Assembly: GCA_050633305.1 (NCBI GenBank)
Contig: JBOEGF010000010.1
Location: 480,001 to 544,000, forward strand
Direction: 5' to 3'
From: Nannocystales bacterium
GTDB lineage: Bacteria; Myxococcota_A; Polyangia; Nannocystales; Nannocystaceae
DNA: 64,000 nt
Below the pieces are notes generated by a model. The model was given only the letters and a program-made list of their open reading frames with translations, was not told the origin of the DNA and made no database searches. This document shows, one piece after another, positions 56,222-64,000 of this stretch. The position numbers were made by a program, and so were the translations under genes. Position 1 is the stretch's first letter, and each line of letters starts with the position of its first letter.

Positions 56222-56288
56222 GCCTGATCAGCGTAGCACCGCTGCGTCCCCACCTGGTACCGTTGTCGCGATCGCGTTTTAGCTGCCC

Positions 56289-57077
56289 ATGAGCATCAGC
56301 TTCATCGACGGAAACTCAAAGATCCGGTTCTCCGGGGTCACCGATGTGGGGCGCGTCCGCGACCACAACGAGGACAACTTCCTCATCGCCGAGGAGATGC
56401 CGCTCGCGGCGGTCTCCGACGGAATGGGGGGCCACGCGAGTGGCGAGGTTGCGTCGCAGATTACGGTGGATACGCTCCGGCGGTACTACACGGACACGCA
56501 CGAGACCGGAGCTGACACTTGGCCGTTCCCGATGCCGTCGCTGCACGTCGAACGCGACCGGATGACGGTGTCGATCAAGCTGGCCAACACGATCATCCAC
56601 GACACCGGCAAGCGCGACCCTTCGAAGAAGGGCATGGGTTGCACGGCCGACGCGATCTATTTCAGCCAGGGCCGGTTCTTCATCGGACACGTGGGAGATT
56701 CGCGCGTCTATCGCATCCGCGGAACTCAGATTCAGCTGCTCACCGAGGACCACTCACTCCTCAACGACTACAAGCGGATGAAGGCGATGAGCGGAGAGGA
56801 GGCCGAGAACTTCCCCCACAAGAACGTCGTCGTGCGGGCACTGGGACTTGCACCGCACGTCTTCGTCGACATCCTCGTCGAGGAGTACCAGCAAGGTGAC
56901 CTGTACCTGCTGTGCTCCGATGGCCTCACCGACATGCTGGATGACGAGACGATTCTGGCCACGATCACGCGGTTTCAGAGCATCGACACTGCGTCGCAAA
57001 CGCTTGTCCAACAAGCCAACGAAGCCGGCGGCGTGGACAACATTACTGCCCTTGTTGTTCGCATTGAGCCTGCGTGA
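56289..57077 (+). CDS. PP2C-family Ser/Thr phosphatase
   Basis: TDVGRVRDHNEDN, DGMGGH..GEVAS, HVGDSRVY, LCSDGL, GGVDNIT. Confidence 0.95.
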   Translation: MSISFIDGNSKIRFSGVTDVGRVRDHNEDNFLIAEEMPLAAVSDGMGGHASGEVASQITVDTLRRYYTDTHETGADTWPFPMPSLHVERDRMTVSIKLANTIIHDTGKRDPSKKGMGCTADAIYFSQGRFFIGHVGDSRVYRIRGTQIQLLTEDHSLLNDYKRMKAMSGEEAENFPHKNVVVRALGLAPHVFVDILVEEYQQGDLYLLCSDGLTDMLDDETILATITRFQSIDTASQTLVQQANEAGGVDNITALVVRIEPA

Positions 57078-57135
57078 GTTCTCGCGGCAGCGCGTGGACT
57101 TGCCCTGGGCTGGCCTGGGGTAGGTTCGCCGAATC

Positions 57136-57600
57136 ATGACCGTCGTTGCAGCGAAAAGCGTCGTTTCGATCCAATACACCCTCAAGAACGACGAAGGAGA
57201 GACGATCGACGCCTCGGAGGCGGGCGAGCCGCTTCTCTACCTGCACGGCGCAGGAAACATCGTTCCCGGCCTCGAGCAGGAACTCGAAGGCAAGAAGGTC
57301 GGCGACAAGCTCGAGGTGGTCGTTCAACCAGCAGATGGCTACGGAGAGGTCTCCGGCCCCGGTCCGCAGGCGCTGCCTCGCGAAGCCTTTGAAGGCGTGG
57401 AGCCAGCCCCGGGCATGTCGTTCGTCGCGGAAGACGAAGACGGAAACCAGATCCACCTGTGGGTCCTCGATGCCAATGAGGAGCGCGTCGTGGTGACCCC
57501 AGACCACCCTCTCGCCGGCGTGACGCTGCACTTCGCCGTCGAGATCGAAGCGATCCGCGAAGCGACGGCCGAAGAGCTCGAGCACGGTCACGTGCACTGA
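57136..57600 (+). CDS. slyD: FKBP-type peptidyl-prolyl isomerase SlyD
   Basis: [35 protein letters not shown]. Confidence 0.92.
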   Translation: MTVVAAKSVVSIQYTLKNDEGETIDASEAGEPLLYLHGAGNIVPGLEQELEGKKVGDKLEVVVQPADGYGEVSGPGPQALPREAFEGVEPAPGMSFVAEDEDGNQIHLWVLDANEERVVVTPDHPLAGVTLHFAVEIEAIREATAEELEHGHVH

Positions 57601-57648
57601 TTGCAGGAGCGTGCCTTCGCATCCGTGGAGGCGGCCTCTTGTTCGATG

Positions 57649-57690
57649 GGCCGCGGCACCCTCGCGAGCGCGAGCGGGCCGTGGCCTTTT
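57649..57690 (+). terminator. Probable intrinsic terminator after slyD
   Basis: GGCCGCGGC..CTCGC-GAGC-GCGAG..GCCGTGGCC followed by TTTT. Confidence 0.5.
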
Positions 57691-57780
57691 CGCAGGTCCG
57701 CGCACGGACGCGAGTCGGCCCCGGAAGAACCTCAGGCCGAGTCGAAGGAAAACGGGTTGGCGCACCATCGATGATCGCCC

Positions 57781-58575
57781 ATGAAGACCTGTACTCATTT
57801 GCTGCGTTGGATCGGTCTGCTCGCTTTCGTCCCCGTCGCTGGCTGCATCAGTCCGACCCTTTCGGAGGACACCGACGCCGGCTCCTCCGGCGACAGCACG
57901 GGGTCGGCAACGACAACGATGGCGATCTCGACAGCGACGGGCTCGTCGACTTCGGCGGGGCCTTCAGGCTCGAGCGAAGCGACGACCGCCGGAGGCTTGC
58001 CCCCTGGGTCGGGGTGCTGCGAGCCCCATGCCGGACCGGGCTGCAACGAGCCGTCCGTGCAAACCTGCGTCTGCGATGAGAACACGACGTGCTGCGGCTT
58101 CGACTGGTCCGCGGAGTGTGTGGAGTTGGCCCAGGGACGCTGCGCGGCGACCTGCGAGCCCGACGCGACGACCGGTGATTCGACGACCAGCGCAACCTCC
58201 GGTGCGAGTGGCTCGACAGGAGGAGGTACCGGTGCCTCGACCGGGTTTGGACCCACGGGAGGGTTGGAGGCCAGTCCCTGCTGCGAGGCGCTCGGGGGCG
58301 TGGGCGGGTGCCTGCACCAACCGACCCAAGAATGCGTCTGCGCCATCAACTCGGGGTGTTGCGACGATGCCTGGACGGCGGAATGTGCAGCGCTCGCGCA
58401 GAGCGATTGCAACGCGTGTACCTCGGGTGACTGTTGTGCACCGCAGGGCAGCGCCGGCTGCAACGACCCGACCGTTGAATCCTGCGTGTGTGCCCTGGAC
58501 GACTTCTGTTGCGACCAGACCTACGACGAGATCTGTGCCGACCTCGCCGCGTCCAACTGCGACGCGTGCGAGTAG
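57781..58575 (+). CDS. Cys-rich repeat lipoprotein
   Basis: Lipobox VAGC; three ~40-aa CC..GC..CVC..CC..(W/Y)...C..LA...C repeats. Confidence 0.8.
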   Translation: MKTCTHLLRWIGLLAFVPVAGCISPTLSEDTDAGSSGDSTGSATTTMAISTATGSSTSAGPSGSSEATTAGGLPPGSGCCEPHAGPGCNEPSVQTCVCDENTTCCGFDWSAECVELAQGRCAATCEPDATTGDSTTSATSGASGSTGGGTGASTGFGPTGGLEASPCCEALGGVGGCLHQPTQECVCAINSGCCDDAWTAECAALAQSDCNACTSGDCCAPQGSAGCNDPTVESCVCALDDFCCDQTYDEICADLAASNCDACE

Positions 58576-58590
58576 CAAGCTTTCAAAACA

Positions 58591-59124
58591 CTACTCGAAG
58601 TGCTCGTTGAGCACCGCGAGGGTGCGCTGGAGTTCGGCTCGCAGAGGGCCGAACTCGGGGACGGCGGGGTCGCCGAGTTCATCGATGTGTTCTCGCAAGT
58701 ATGCGCGCGCATCTTCGAGCGCGACGTAACGCTGGTCGCACTGCGCTTCTTGAATCACAGGAAACCGGGTCGCAAGAGCGTCCCCGTTGAGTCCTTCGTG
58801 GACGACGACCCAGATCGTACCGTCGGCCTTCTCGAAGGCGTGCCCCTCGGAGTCCCACTGCCACCACGCCTGTCCGAGCAGACCAAAGGACATCGCGGCG
58901 GGGCCGAACGCGTCGTACTCGAAGCGCTTCGCGTCTTCCCCCTCGGCATGTGGACAAGGGTCGTCGTCCTCAGGTGGGACGACGTGTGCCGAACGATCCT
59001 CGGAGCCGGGGTCCGGCACTGCGCCGGGCGGGTCCGGAGGGGACGGTCGTGGTGCGGGGCCGATCGGAGCCGGGCACCCCGCGAGAAGACACGCCGCGAG
59101 GCCAAGCGTTAGATGCTCTGCCAT
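58591..59124 (-). CDS. Hypothetical lipoprotein
   Basis: ATG 59124, lipobox LAGC, Pro linker, FGPAAMSFGLLG..WWQW; overlaps the upstream gene by 16 nt. Confidence 0.65.
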   Translation of the reverse strand: MAEHLTLGLAACLLAGCPAPIGPAPRPSPPDPPGAVPDPGSEDRSAHVVPPEDDDPCPHAEGEDAKRFEYDAFGPAAMSFGLLGQAWWQWDSEGHAFEKADGTIWVVVHEGLNGDALATRFPVIQEAQCDQRYVALEDARAYLREHIDELGDPAVPEFGPLRAELQRTLAVLNEHFE

Positions 59125-59765
59125 ACCGTCGGAGGCACCGCGAGGATACCGGACATCCACTCGTATTCTTTGAGCGCAACGAGTTCCATGGCGTTGGGCT
59201 GGGTCGCGTCGTAGTCCCAGTGGAACTCGGAGACGTTGGCCCCGGTGCCGCAGAACACGTGCCGTCCACCGCGGGCACAGCCGACCCAGAACGGAACTTT
59301 GTCGAGCTTGTCGATGCCGGTCATGTTCGGCGGCTTGCGGCGGTAGTCCACCACCATGTCCGACACGGCCAGCTTGTAGTAGGTCTTCTTGGTCCGCGCG
59401 ATGTGGGCCGAGTAGCTGTGCTCGCTGTCGGAAGTGTCGGTCACATCGGGGTTCCAGTAGATTCCGGTCCAGCCCTTTGCGATCAGCTCTCGGATGAGGA
59501 ACGTCCCCTTGAGCTGGTTGCGGCGGGTCACCGTCGCGATCTGATTCCACACCGCTCCGCGGCCAACTTTCTCGAACGCATACTCGGCGCACTCCATCGC
59601 CCACACCACGCAACTGCTCTTGGTCAGTGAAGCGCCGGCGGGGGGGTTGTAGTTGGAGTGGTCTCCGTAGTGCGTCCCGTACCCACGAGCGTTGATCGCA
59701 TCTCGGTGGGCCTTCGTTTTCTTCTCGATGGCCTCCTTTCCCGCGCGCGCCAGTTGCATGCTCAT
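59109..59765 (-). CDS. Hypothetical cytoplasmic protein, possible papain-like Cys-His hydrolase
   Basis: SSCVVWA ... GGRHVF ... SEFHW; strong GC3 codon bias; no signal peptide. Confidence 0.6.
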   Translation of the reverse strand: MSMQLARAGKEAIEKKTKAHRDAINARGYGTHYGDHSNYNPPAGASLTKSSCVVWAMECAEYAFEKVGRGAVWNQIATVTRRNQLKGTFLIRELIAKGWTGIYWNPDVTDTSDSEHSYSAHIARTKKTYYKLAVSDMVVDYRRKPPNMTGIDKLDKVPFWVGCARGGRHVFCGTGANVSEFHWDYDATQPNAMELVALKEYEWMSGILAVPPTVWQSI

Positions 59766-59836
59766 TGTGCGTCCCAACCCTTCATGTGGGTGAGGATAGC
59801 CGTGCGCTTCGATACCGTCGAGCCAGCGGATTGGCT

Positions 59837-60739
59837 CTAGGCTTTGCCGCCGCCCTCAGGGACACCGTGGCCGTCCGAGGGGTTGAACAGGTTGATCGGA
59901 ACAGCGAGGCGCCGGATGCCGTTCTTGTCCGGCGTGGGCATGTGGCCAGCGCCGACGTTGAGCGAGACCGACTGGAACAAAAGTCGCGGCGCCGCGAGTG
60001 AGCCGTCGCGTGCTTGGCGGAACTGAACGAAGGCTTCTTTGCTCGTTTCGGCGGTGAGCTGGATGTTGTGGGCCTTGGAGGCCCCGATGGTCGTCTCGTA
60101 AGCCAAGGCGCGCCCTCCGGGTTGATAGTCGTGGCCCACGAACACACGGGTCGAGTCGGGAAGCCCGTAGAGCTTGGTCGTGACCGCGTCGTACAGCGCC
60201 TCGGCGCTTCCCCCGGGAAAGTCGCAACGACCTGTGCCTTGGTCGGGCATGAACAGTGCGTCCCCGGTGAATACGGCATCGCCGATGTGAAAGCTGAGGC
60301 ACGCGGGGGTGTGCCCCGGCGTATGAAGCGCGCGCACCTCGAGGCTCCCGGTCTCGAGGAGCTCACCGTCGGCGATGAGCCCGTCGAACTGACTCCCATC
60401 AGTCGCGAAGCTGTCTCCGAATCCGAACACGGGTTTGAAGGTTTGTTGGACGGTCTGAATGTGTTCGCCGATGAGGACCTTGGCCCCGAGTGCGGCTTTG
60501 AGCGCCTGGGCGCCGGTGATGTGGTCCGCATGCGCGTGGGTCTCGAGGATGGCGTGCACGTTGAGTTGGTGACGCTCGACGAACCCGAGGAGGTCCCGAA
60601 CTGAGAGGGCCTTTGTTGCCGAGGCCACAGGGTCGTAGTCGAGGACCGGATCGATGATGACGGCGTCTCGCGTCTCCTCATCCCAGACGATGTACGTGAG
60701 GGTGGCGGTCTCGGGGTGGTACTTCGCCTCGATCTTCAT
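59837..60739 (-). CDS. MBL-fold persulfide dioxygenase (ETHE1/Blh-like)
   Basis: IIDPVLDYD, LETHAHADHITG, TPGHTPAC, GTGRCDFPGG, VGHDY. Confidence 0.9.
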   Translation of the reverse strand: MKIEAKYHPETATLTYIVWDEETRDAVIIDPVLDYDPVASATKALSVRDLLGFVERHQLNVHAILETHAHADHITGAQALKAALGAKVLIGEHIQTVQQTFKPVFGFGDSFATDGSQFDGLIADGELLETGSLEVRALHTPGHTPACLSFHIGDAVFTGDALFMPDQGTGRCDFPGGSAEALYDAVTTKLYGLPDSTRVFVGHDYQPGGRALAYETTIGASKAHNIQLTAETSKEAFVQFRQARDGSLAAPRLLFQSVSLNVGAGHMPTPDKNGIRRLAVPINLFNPSDGHGVPEGGGKA

Positions 60740-60752
60740 GCACCAGGACAAA

Positions 60753-60769
60753 TGCACGCGCCGTGCCGA
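60753..60769 (-). promoter_or_regulatory. Putative sigma54 promoter
   Basis: Minus strand TCGGCACGGCGCGTGCA (GG-N10-GC). Confidence 0.55.
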
Positions 60770-60954
60770 CGTGTCTTCAAGGGACTGGTTCGGGGACGCG
60801 GCTCGTACAGTCGGCAACTCTTGCGGAATCCGCCGGATCGGCGCTCTCCGGAGCGCAGAGGATGCGTCCATCCGGGGCTCGGGCGCCGCAGCGTCGCGAC
60901 ACGTGTTGCAAGACGTCTGAAACGCGGAGGGCGGTAGTGCCCTGTTCCACGACA

Positions 60955-61290
60955 CTAGCGGGCGAGGCGGTAGACGGTGTCGCCGTTGACGACCATCGTC
61001 CAGGTGCCGGCATCTTCGTGAGGAGGCGTGTCCACCGTGAAGGTCGTTTTTTGAGTCATCACGCCGACGACGAAATCATCTCCGACCCAACCCGCAATCG
61101 GACCTTCGGTATGCTCGTTTCCCGCACCCTTCTTCCGGTCGTACGAGACGCGGGCATCGGTCGTGACCGTGAGGCGGACCCCGTCACCTTCCCACGTTCC
61201 CGCGTACTGACTCTTCTCGGGGGGCAGGGGGGCAGGCGAGCCGCAGGCGAGGACGGCGGCACACAAGGTGAGGAGAGCGAGACCTCGCAC
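60955..61290 (-). CDS. Small hypothetical lipoprotein
   Basis: Lipobox VLAC; YAGTWEG...VDTPPHE..WTMVVNG. Confidence 0.7.
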   Translation of the reverse strand: MRGLALLTLCAAVLACGSPAPLPPEKSQYAGTWEGDGVRLTVTTDARVSYDRKKGAGNEHTEGPIAGWVGDDFVVGVMTQKTTFTVDTPPHEDAGTWTMVVNGDTVYRLAR

Positions 61291-61340
61291 GGGCCGGATG
61301 ATACCGCGCTACGCGGGCCCGACCACCCGGGGTCGGTCCG

Positions 61341-61730
61341 CTAGCTCGCGACCATCGCGAAGCGGGCAGCGACGAAGGTGAGGATGTCATCGAGATTGAC
61401 CGGCTTGGAGAAGAAGCGGTCGGCGTTGAGAGCAACACACCGGCGGCCAGCATCGATGGGGTCCTCCGCACTCAGAACCACGATCGGGATGCGCGGGTAG
61501 AGCGCGCGGACGCGGCCGATGAGCTCGCTGCCGCTGAGGTTGGGCATGTCGAGATCCGTGAGCACGAGGTCCGGTCGCGTGACGCGGACGATGGACCATG
61601 CGACTTCCCCGTCCGGGGCCTCGTCGACCTCGTACCCTTCTTCGCGGAGCACCGCGGCGAGTCCGGTACGGGTCCCGACGTCGTCTTCAGCGACGAGCAG
61701 TCGTTTGGCTCCGTTCATGGCGTCCATCAT
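61341..61730 (-). CDS. Stand-alone response regulator receiver
   Basis: LVAEDD, LVLTDLDMPNLSG, FSKP. Confidence 0.9.
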   Translation of the reverse strand: MMDAMNGAKRLLVAEDDVGTRTGLAAVLREEGYEVDEAPDGEVAWSIVRVTRPDLVLTDLDMPNLSGSELIGRVRALYPRIPIVVLSAEDPIDAGRRCVALNADRFFSKPVNLDDILTFVAARFAMVAS

Positions 61731-61811
61731 GGCGTGGAATCCTCACTCGTTGCCGGCAAGCGTTGCGGGTGTTGATTTTTTCACAGCGCACTTAGAATGG
61801 GTGAAGAGCCA

Positions 61812-62897
61812 ATGAGTCGCAAAGATCGCGATTGCCAGGTTGCCACCGCACGCTCGCCTGCGGAAGCCGTCGTTCACGCCACCCAAGATGCCGTGCTGGC
61901 GATTGATAGCGAGGCGAACGTCACCTTCTGCAATGCGGCTGCGGCCAAGATGTTCGGCTTCGGTGAGGACGAGCTGATGGGCCGAAGCATCAACAGTTTG
62001 ATGGCCCAGCCGTACGCCAAGGAACACGACGGCTATATCCGGCACTACGAGCAGACGGGCGAACGCAAGGCCATCGGTCGGGTGCGAACGGTCAGTGGCA
62101 GGCGTCGCAACGGTGAGGAGTTCCCGATCGAGCTCTCGGTGACCGAGTACGAGGAGGGCGGCGCCCGCCGATATGCGGCGATTCTCCGCGATATCTCCGA
62201 GAAGGTTCGCCTGACGCACGCCCGTGTCGAGACGGAGAAGATGGCGGCCATCGGTACGACGGCCAGCAAGTTCGCCCACGAACTCGGCAACCCGATCAAC
62301 GGGATGGCGGTCAGCGTCCAGTTGCTCAAGCGGTGGCTCGACCGGGCCGACCCGGCACCCGATGCGCGGGTCATGGAGCGCCTTGGGTTGCTGATGGGCG
62401 GGATCGACCGGCTCACGGAGCTGCTCGACGAGTTCCGGTTGATGTCCCGCAGGCACGAGTACCGCTTCGAGGCGACCGACCTCTCTGTCATGGTCGCCGA
62501 GCTCGTCGAAATGGAACGACCGGCCTACAGCCAGCGCGGTGTCGGCATCGAGACCGATGTGGCCCGGGATCTCGGACCTGTGCGCGCCGACACGGGCAAG
62601 CTGCGGCAGGTGCTGCTCAACCTGTGCAAGAACGCCTTCGAGGCGATGCCAGAGGGTGGAACGATCAGCGTGTCCGCCGACCGCACGGCAGTCGGTGTGA
62701 TGATCGAGGTCAAGGACACCGGGTCCGGGATCCCCGAGGGGTTGGACGTGTTCGCCCCGTTCACGAGCTCGAAGCTGGAGGGGTCTGGCTTGGGACTCCC
62801 GATCGCGAGGCAGATCGTCGAGGCTCACCAGGGGACGCTGTCGTACGAGACTCCCGCCGCAGGTGGCACGGTGTTTCGGGTTCAGCTCCCTGGCTAG
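61812..62897 (+). CDS. FixL-like PAS histidine kinase
   Basis: PAS with EHDGYIRHYEQTGERKAIG..GRRRNGEEFPIELSV (FixL heme-PAS-like), AHELGNPI, NLCKNA, GSGLGL. Confidence 0.88.
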   Translation: MSRKDRDCQVATARSPAEAVVHATQDAVLAIDSEANVTFCNAAAAKMFGFGEDELMGRSINSLMAQPYAKEHDGYIRHYEQTGERKAIGRVRTVSGRRRNGEEFPIELSVTEYEEGGARRYAAILRDISEKVRLTHARVETEKMAAIGTTASKFAHELGNPINGMAVSVQLLKRWLDRADPAPDARVMERLGLLMGGIDRLTELLDEFRLMSRRHEYRFEATDLSVMVAELVEMERPAYSQRGVGIETDVARDLGPVRADTGKLRQVLLNLCKNAFEAMPEGGTISVSADRTAVGVMIEVKDTGSGIPEGLDVFAPFTSSKLEGSGLGLPIARQIVEAHQGTLSYETPAAGGTVFRVQLPG

Positions 62898-62954
62898 CAG
62901 GGGGACGGTCGACGGCGCTCGGGCAGTCCGTAGCGCCGCCTGAACCGTGGGGGT

Positions 62955-63386
62955 CTACTCCGAGTTGCGCACCACCATGACGGTGCGGTCGCATCGGTTG
63001 ACGACTTTCCCCGCGGTCGTTCCGATGACCCGGTCCAGCCCCGAGTAGCCGTGACTACCGATGACCACGAGGTCGCAGTTGCGCTCCTTGCAGATGCGCA
63101 GCACCGTGTCGGCGGGCTGACCGAGTTCGGCGACCACCTCCTCGACCAGGCCGCTGGGAAGCGTCTCGACGACTCGCTTCAGCTGTCCGCGAGCGTGCTC
63201 GACGAGGAAATCCTCAAACTCGTCGCCCTGAAGCGACCAAGCGATGGCCGGGATGCTGCTGGGGATCTGAACTGCGCGACACAGGACGAGCGCACCGCCG
63301 CAGCGGTCCGCGAGTTCTACGGCTTGGCGGAGGACTTCGGGCTGTCGCTCTGAGCCATCGAGTCCGACGAGGATCTTCGTGAACAT
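62955..63386 (-). CDS. Universal stress protein
   Basis: MFTKILVGLDGS, GQPADTVL, DLVVIGSHG..GTTAGKVV. Confidence 0.92.
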   Translation of the reverse strand: MFTKILVGLDGSERQPEVLRQAVELADRCGGALVLCRAVQIPSSIPAIAWSLQGDEFEDFLVEHARGQLKRVVETLPSGLVEEVVAELGQPADTVLRICKERNCDLVVIGSHGYSGLDRVIGTTAGKVVNRCDRTVMVVRNSE

Positions 63387-63543
63387 GGACCGACAGTGCG
63401 GGTCCAGACGCCGTCGTGCCGCGCAAAAAGTTCGTGTTTGGCAGGGTTCCTCGATGTCCCGCAAGAATTGCCGGATCGCGGGCGAGCGCGCAGGATTTTC
63501 CGGCGGGCTCGCTGGCTGCGACCGTAGAGACTCCGATTCGGGG

Positions 63544-63560
63544 TTGGCGTCGTTCTTGCT
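63544..63560 (+). promoter_or_regulatory. Putative sigma54 promoter
   Basis: TTGGCGTCGTTCTTGCT (GG-N10-GC with TTGC at -12). Confidence 0.6.
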
Positions 63561-63572
63561 TTGGCTAAGGAC

Positions 63573-64000
63573 ATGGAGCGCGACGGTATCGATGCAAAGC
63601 AGGAGCAGGCCCTGGTGGAGAGCTGGAGATCTGCGGGCCTTCCTGCCGCTCTCTCCGCGCTCGTCCGGTCTCAGCAGCGCATGATCATGCTCTGGGCGCG
63701 GCGCTACGGCAGCCGCGAGTGCTCGCTCGCGGACTTGGTCCAGGAGGGCAACGTCGGTCTGATGCAGGCGATCGAGCGCTTCGATCCTGAACGTGGGGTC
63801 CGTCTCGGGACGTTCTCCAGCTGGTGGGTCCGGGCGCATATGCTGCGCTTTGTCGAGCGGAACACCCGCCTGGTTCGAGGCGCGACAACCTCAGCTCGGC
63901 GCCGGCTCTTCTACCAACTCGCGAGAACCACCGCCGCGCTCTCACGAGACGGTGCCGTCCCGGACTCGTCCGAGATCGCGGACGCCCTGGGTGTCTCCGT
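63573..64000 (+). CDS. Sigma-70 family (RpoH-like) sigma factor, partial
   Basis: Not in the ORF track because it is open at the edge. ATG 63573; DLVQEGNVGLMQAIERFDPERGVRLGTFSSWWVRA; TTSARRRLFYQL resembles the RpoH box. Confidence 0.85.
   Translation, partial: MERDGIDAKQEQALVESWRSAGLPAALSALVRSQQRMIMLWARRYGSRECSLADLVQEGNVGLMQAIERFDPERGVRLGTFSSWWVRAHMLRFVERNTRLVRGATTSARRRLFYQLARTTAALSRDGAVPDSSEIADALGVS

Noticed and set aside
61772..61785. FNR box upstream of the FixL-like kinase
   Set aside because: Only the TTGAT half matches; the second half is TCACA rather than ATCAA.

Overview
High-GC bacterial DNA, very likely a myxobacterium (Myxococcota). The evidence is a MYXO-CTERM multiheme protein, DUF1592/DUF1552 pairs, a Ser/Thr kinase-FHA-PEGA module and a DUF4388-DnaJ-TPR protein; this taxonomy is inferred from gene content only. 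About 57 CDSs are densely packed. They include an RND efflux operon with a divergent MalT-like regulator, a split his cluster (hisH-hisA-hisF ... hisIE), an OmpR-type two-component system followed by a YHYH-MORN-YHYH-SCO operon, an ECF sigma/anti-sigma operon, a frameshifted VWA pseudogene, two head-to-head DUF1592-DUF1552 operons next to a kinase/FHA-LuxR pair, and a FixL-like/Usp/RpoH-like stress region. I found no tRNA, rRNA, CRISPR array or mobile element. The strongest leads come from the non-coding DNA: (1) mirror-image lux-box-like promoters driving the twin DUF1592-DUF1552 operons, plausibly controlled by the adjacent kinase and FHA-LuxR; (2) a duplicated OmpR/CpxR-like box linking the TCS to the YHYH/SCO operon; (3) a shared CCGCAA-N3-TTGCCG site plus sigma54-type promoters across 60.7-63.6 kb; (4) a candidate ECF-driven sRNA at about 33.4-33.5 kb. 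All family assignments are from motif recognition by eye, not from database searches.
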